From the NCBI GenBank assembly GCA_002305475.1, contig DBRB01000019.1, forward strand, positions 56,022 to 120,021: a stretch of 64,000 nucleotides of DNA. The letters are read 5' to 3'. Position numbers and translations under genes: made by a program. This DNA comes from a candidate division WWE3 bacterium UBA1379. GTDB lineage: Bacteria; Patescibacteriota; WWE3; UBA101185; UBA10185. The notes beneath the pieces were generated by a model. It made no database searches and was not told the origin of the DNA. It was given only the letters and a program-made list of their open reading frames with translations. Shown here one piece after another: positions 60,702-64,000 of the stretch; the first letter of the stretch is position 1; every line of letters begins with the position of its first letter.

Positions 60702-61145
60702 TTAAGAAGAAAATTCAACTTCTTCACCTAGAAAAAAGGCGATTTCTTTGTTATTGTCCAAAAATGGCTCTATGTGAAGGCGTACATTATATGATTTACC
60801 GGATTTCGTTTTGTTTTGCAAATCTACGGTAACTGACTTTTTCATTATTAGCTTACTCCACATATTTTTGTAAAACGAATCAGGCATTTGTTTCCCCCAT
60901 ATAGATGGCTTTTTGCCAATCACTTCAGAAAGTGCATAACCTGTTACTTCTTCCATTTTTTTGTTGATGGAGAGAATAGTGCCGTTTTTGTCGGTAATAA
61001 TTATTTGGCGCTCAGCTTCCAAGTCAAAAGATGTGATTGAACCGCACCTATGGCATTTGATAGAAATTGCAGAAGAATATGTTTCTGAAGCTAATAATTT
61101 TTCGCATTTGCGACATCGATATTCCTTTTGTGATTTTGGATTCAT
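60702..61145 (-). CDS. Zinc-ribbon + PAS domain small protein
   Basis: 147 aa. CRKCEKL…CHRCGS zinc ribbon. PAS-like core IIITDKNGTILSINKKMEEVTGYALSEVIGKKPSIWG…VRLHIEPFLD. Confidence 0.6.
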   Translation of the reverse strand: MNPKSQKEYRCRKCEKLLASETYSSAISIKCHRCGSITSFDLEAERQIIITDKNGTILSINKKMEEVTGYALSEVIGKKPSIWGKQMPDSFYKNMWSKLIMKKSVTVDLQNKTKSGKSYNVRLHIEPFLDNNKEIAFFLGEEVEFSS

Positions 61146-61284
61146 TACTAGTAATTATAGTCTTTTATATCTGATTTTATTCATTTTCTTACGATTGTGG
61201 TATTTAGGAGATGTACTGATTGTGACTTTGGATAGTCTAATATTTTGCATATACGATAATTTGTAATGGTGGTATAGTATCCCC

Positions 61285-61420
61285 CCCTATATATAAGGAA
61301 TAAGAGGGGAAAGTAAAAATGAGAAATGCCTTAATATCGGTCTAAATCGAAATGTTTCATTACCTACCGGTAGGCTAATTTTACGTTACGTTAGGGGATA
61401 GGTACCTTTAATTTGGCAAT
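61285..61420. repeat. ~140-bp dispersed repeat, copy 1, with palindrome CCTACCGGTAGG and a tiny RBS-preceded ORF
   Basis: ~85-90% identical by eye to 63745..63880 (TAAGGAATAAGAGGGGAAA…ATATCGGTCTAA…TTACCTACCGGTAGGCTAATTTTACGTTACGT…GGGATAGGT.CCTTTAATTT). Confidence 0.8.
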
Positions 61421-61461
61421 TATCCCTTGACATCACGTAACTAATCTGTTATTGTATATAC

Positions 61462-62355
61462 ATGCAAGACAGATTTACCTACAAAGAATTCCTGAAAAAA
61501 TATAAAAATGATGATATCTGTCTTGAAGAAATAAAAAATCTTCGTTTTCCCGAGGGTATTAACTGTTCTTCCTGCAAAAAGATCACTAATCACTACCGGA
61601 TTAAAAGTAAAAAGGTCTACTCTTGTGAATTTTGTGGTACTCAGGTGAGTCCTCTGGCTGGGACGATTTTCCATAAATCTTCAACCTCTTTACAAGACTG
61701 GTTTATGGCGATCTACCTCATGACCCAAACAAGAAGTGGTACATCATCAGCTAAGCAGCTACAACGCATGCTCGGTGTTACCTATAAGACAGCATGGAGA
61801 ATGTACAAGCAAATTCGCACCATCATGGCTGAGAATTCAGTTACTCCACTAGATGGAGAGGTTGAAATAGATGAAACTTATATTGGTGGAAAAGGGATGA
61901 ACAGGAGGTTTAAGCCACATTTCAACGAAATTCCAAAAGAAGCAATAATGGGGATGCTGCAACGAGGTGGTAAAACGTATCTCAAACACATCAAAGGAAC
62001 TGGAAAATGGTATTTGATTGAGCAAATCAAAACCCACGTTGATCCAATTGCAAGACTAATCACTGATGAACTGGCGGCATATAGAAATCTACCTCAACAT
62101 GGCTATATGCTTCATGATGTAGTAAATCACTCAGAAACTTATGTTGTAGGTGATATTCACACCAACAATATTGAGAATGTCTGGTCGATTATCAAAAGAG
62201 GCATTTATGGAGTTTATCGGAATGTTTCCAAGAAATATCTACAAGCCTATATCGATGAATACGTATTTAGGTTCAACTGCCGCAATCAAGATGAAAATAT
62301 GTTTTACACACTACTGAGACAAGTAGTTAACGTGAGGATGGTTTCGGTTTCTTAG
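61462..62355 (+). CDS. IS1595-family (ISXO2-like) DDE transposase, paralog B
   Basis: 297 aa. Collinear with and ~80-85% identical to 50840..51730. Same zinc ribbon and …YIDEYVFRFNCRNQ C-terminus. Confidence 0.8.
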   Translation: MQDRFTYKEFLKKYKNDDICLEEIKNLRFPEGINCSSCKKITNHYRIKSKKVYSCEFCGTQVSPLAGTIFHKSSTSLQDWFMAIYLMTQTRSGTSSAKQLQRMLGVTYKTAWRMYKQIRTIMAENSVTPLDGEVEIDETYIGGKGMNRRFKPHFNEIPKEAIMGMLQRGGKTYLKHIKGTGKWYLIEQIKTHVDPIARLITDELAAYRNLPQHGYMLHDVVNHSETYVVGDIHTNNIENVWSIIKRGIYGVYRNVSKKYLQAYIDEYVFRFNCRNQDENMFYTLLRQVVNVRMVSVS

Positions 62356-62476
62356 TGATCACAGCTTTTTTCAAAACCTCTCCAAACGATTTTTCTTCTT
62401 CTATTAGTTTATCTTCTGTTTTTAATCTTTCCATTTCTTGAGCAAAGGATTTCCTTTTTTGATTTTGAGTTTTCAT
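62328..62476 (-). CDS. Small conserved antisense ORF at the IS1595 3' end, copy B
   Basis: Hand-translated MKTQNQKRKSFAQEMERLKTEDKLIEEEKSFGEVLKKAVITKKPKPSSR. Paralog of 51704..51851. Confidence 0.35.
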
Positions 62477-62480
62477 AATA

Positions 62481-63647
62481 TTATTTTCCGATAGCAATTA
62501 ATTCATATTCTTTTTCCAAGTCGTCAATTTGTATATCCAACCTTGCGGGAACCTGTTTAAGAAAAGTTGAAACACGCGTATTTGAGTTCATCGTCATGAA
62601 ATCGGATTGGCCACTTAAATCGGCCGCAGTTGCTAATGATGTACCCATTATTTTTGGCCAAGCATCATCACCAACATTCGATAATCGACGTCTTAATGCA
62701 TCCCAATATCTTGCCCCTGAGTAGTATGTTGTGTCTCTATGAGTTGCAACATCGTATGGAAGTGGATTATCCAAGAGATCTCTAAAGGAGGGGGATTTTC
62801 TTAGTTGCCTACCATCCTCGCCTAGAGCACCTGCAATACCTTCATATATTGGGTTATCGGATCCTAATTTCAGAAGTTCAATCAACGTTGTATCAGTAAT
62901 ACCATGGCTGCCTTCATGTTGTGCGGTAAGCAATAATTTATCAGTCATGCTTTGAGTTTCGCCTGCTCGAACTGCTCTAGCTGCATAAGAAAAATAATCA
63001 TGACCTCTTGGTTTATCGTGACGATGTAGTCGTGATCCCAAAATTACTCCTCGCTCATTAATTTTTGCCCATGCAGGAATTCTATCTAAAAGTGCTCCGA
63101 TAAAATTGAAGTCTTCCCAAACTTTCGGACTATCAAAGTGTGAAGGCAGTGCAACTACAAGAAACCCATCATTTTCATTGATTAAATCTGAATGTCTTTG
63201 GACAACATCCCCAACTATTTTTGCCTGAGTTTCAGATAAATATTTCTTTGCGTCTCGAAAATAGGAATTGTGTTTTCTTCTGTATGCTTGCATCCTTCCG
63301 ATGTACTTATCCATTGCGGCTAAGCAGGTATCTGCATTCCATGTAATCCCATTATCGACACCTTCAAATGTTGCAAACTCATCTTGCATTCTTAAGAAAT
63401 CTTTATGGGGAACGAAAACTCCACCTGATACGGTCTGAGGTTGCCACTCTGTACCACGAAGCTTACCCGCTCTAAACAAAGCCCCAATATGACCATGTAT
63501 TACGGAAAACAATGGGTTATCTGAGGCATCACCATGATGTAAGTCACGTAAAGCAACTTTTACTTCTAAATAATATGGCTCGAATTTAGGAGTTCTATCT
63601 AAAATACTTGATAATTTTTGTTGTTCCAAACTATCTAACATAATCAT
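62481..63647 (-). CDS. Hypothetical protein (388 aa) with an HExxH-like motif (HEGSH); possible metallopeptidase-like, GC-shifted cargo gene
   Basis: Long ORF abutting the IS copy B right end. Composition visibly GC-richer than neighbours. Only recognisable feature is …TAQHEGSHGITD…. Confidence 0.5.
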   Translation of the reverse strand: MIMLDSLEQQKLSSILDRTPKFEPYYLEVKVALRDLHHGDASDNPLFSVIHGHIGALFRAGKLRGTEWQPQTVSGGVFVPHKDFLRMQDEFATFEGVDNGITWNADTCLAAMDKYIGRMQAYRRKHNSYFRDAKKYLSETQAKIVGDVVQRHSDLINENDGFLVVALPSHFDSPKVWEDFNFIGALLDRIPAWAKINERGVILGSRLHRHDKPRGHDYFSYAARAVRAGETQSMTDKLLLTAQHEGSHGITDTTLIELLKLGSDNPIYEGIAGALGEDGRQLRKSPSFRDLLDNPLPYDVATHRDTTYYSGARYWDALRRRLSNVGDDAWPKIMGTSLATAADLSGQSDFMTMNSNTRVSTFLKQVPARLDIQIDDLEKEYELIAIGK

Positions 63648-63744
63648 CTGAATTATATCAGTTTAAGGATTCGTAAGTAGGATGAAGACTAATTTATATA
63701 AGCGAATACTGAATACTTTATTGAATCTCTTTTCACCTCTCCCT

Positions 63745-63880
63745 TATTTATAAGGAATAAGAGGGGAAAATGAAAATAACAATTGCCGTTATATCGGTCT
63801 AATTCGAAAATTCTTATTACCTACCGGTAGGCTAATTTTACGTTACGTCAAGGGATAGGTGCCTTTAATTTCGAATTGAA
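63745..63880. repeat. ~140-bp dispersed repeat, copy 2
   Basis: See 61285..61420. Sits ~100 bp upstream (on the minus strand) of the 388-aa gene. Contains the same CCTACCGGTAGG palindrome and a mini-ORF ending …ISV*. Confidence 0.8.
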
Positions 63881-64000
63881 AAAGTAAGAAATTTGCATAA
63901 AATAGTGAAAACAAAACCGATTAACGAACTTCTATCCACTGCCCTTCGGCAATTCCTTCAAAGATAGGTTTGAGTAATACTCCGCATTCATTATCCTTAC

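Larger units (their letters stand above)
61415..62476 (+). mobile_element. IS1595-family insertion sequence, copy B (boundaries approximate)
   Basis: Transposase ORF 61462..62355 plus a 3' antisense mini-ORF 62328..62476. Left-end and 3'-flank similarity to copy A. Confidence 0.7.

Noticed and set aside
1-64000. CRISPR arrays, rRNA genes, canonical tRNA genes
   Set aside because: No regularly spaced direct repeats and no rRNA-like conserved stretches found by eye. No intergenic region displayed a convincing cloverleaf (T-arm GTTC.A.TCC with complementary stems).

Overview
This window reads as a low-GC (~35%) chromosomal segment from a small bacterial genome, resembling a Candidate Phyla Radiation / Patescibacteria lineage in its reduced ribosomal proteins and short RpoB. 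The standard genetic code applies, since long intact ORFs carry no in-frame TGA and an RF2 gene is present. Most of the window is conserved core machinery. On the minus strand lies the str/S10 cluster rpoB-rpoC-rpsL-rpsG-fusA, then an insertion, then tuf-rpsJ-rplC-rplD-rplW-rplB-rpsS-rplV-rpsC. A second ribosomal cluster on the plus strand carries infA-rpmJ-rpsM-rpsK-rpsD-rpoA-rplQ-rplM-rpsI. Housekeeping genes include secA, serS, uppP, lepB, ftsK, rnj, pnp, rpsO, prfB, a family-4 UDG, radC and an RsmB-like methyltransferase. The parts not explained by core machinery are these:
- The fusA-tuf junction is split by an opposite-strand 499-aa orphan ORF and a ~400-nt element that is GC-rich (estimated >50% by eye), hairpin-dense and of unidentified RNA class.
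- A membrane-anchored two-ring Clp/Hsp100 ATPase.
- A Lon-like AAA+ ATPase with no protease domain, paired with a zinc-ribbon membrane protein.
- A ~10-kb block at the 3' end of the window bracketed by two paralogous IS1595-family insertion sequences (~80-85% identical transposases). Each IS also carries a small conserved antisense ORF at its 3' end. The block holds a 2916-aa cell-surface giant protein and a zinc-ribbon+PAS mini-protein. A 388-aa HExxH-containing orphan protein lies just beyond the second IS. A ~140-bp promoter-proximal repeat with a perfect CCTACCGGTAGG palindrome and a tiny conserved ORF is duplicated nearby.
No CRISPR array, rRNA or convincing tRNA was seen.
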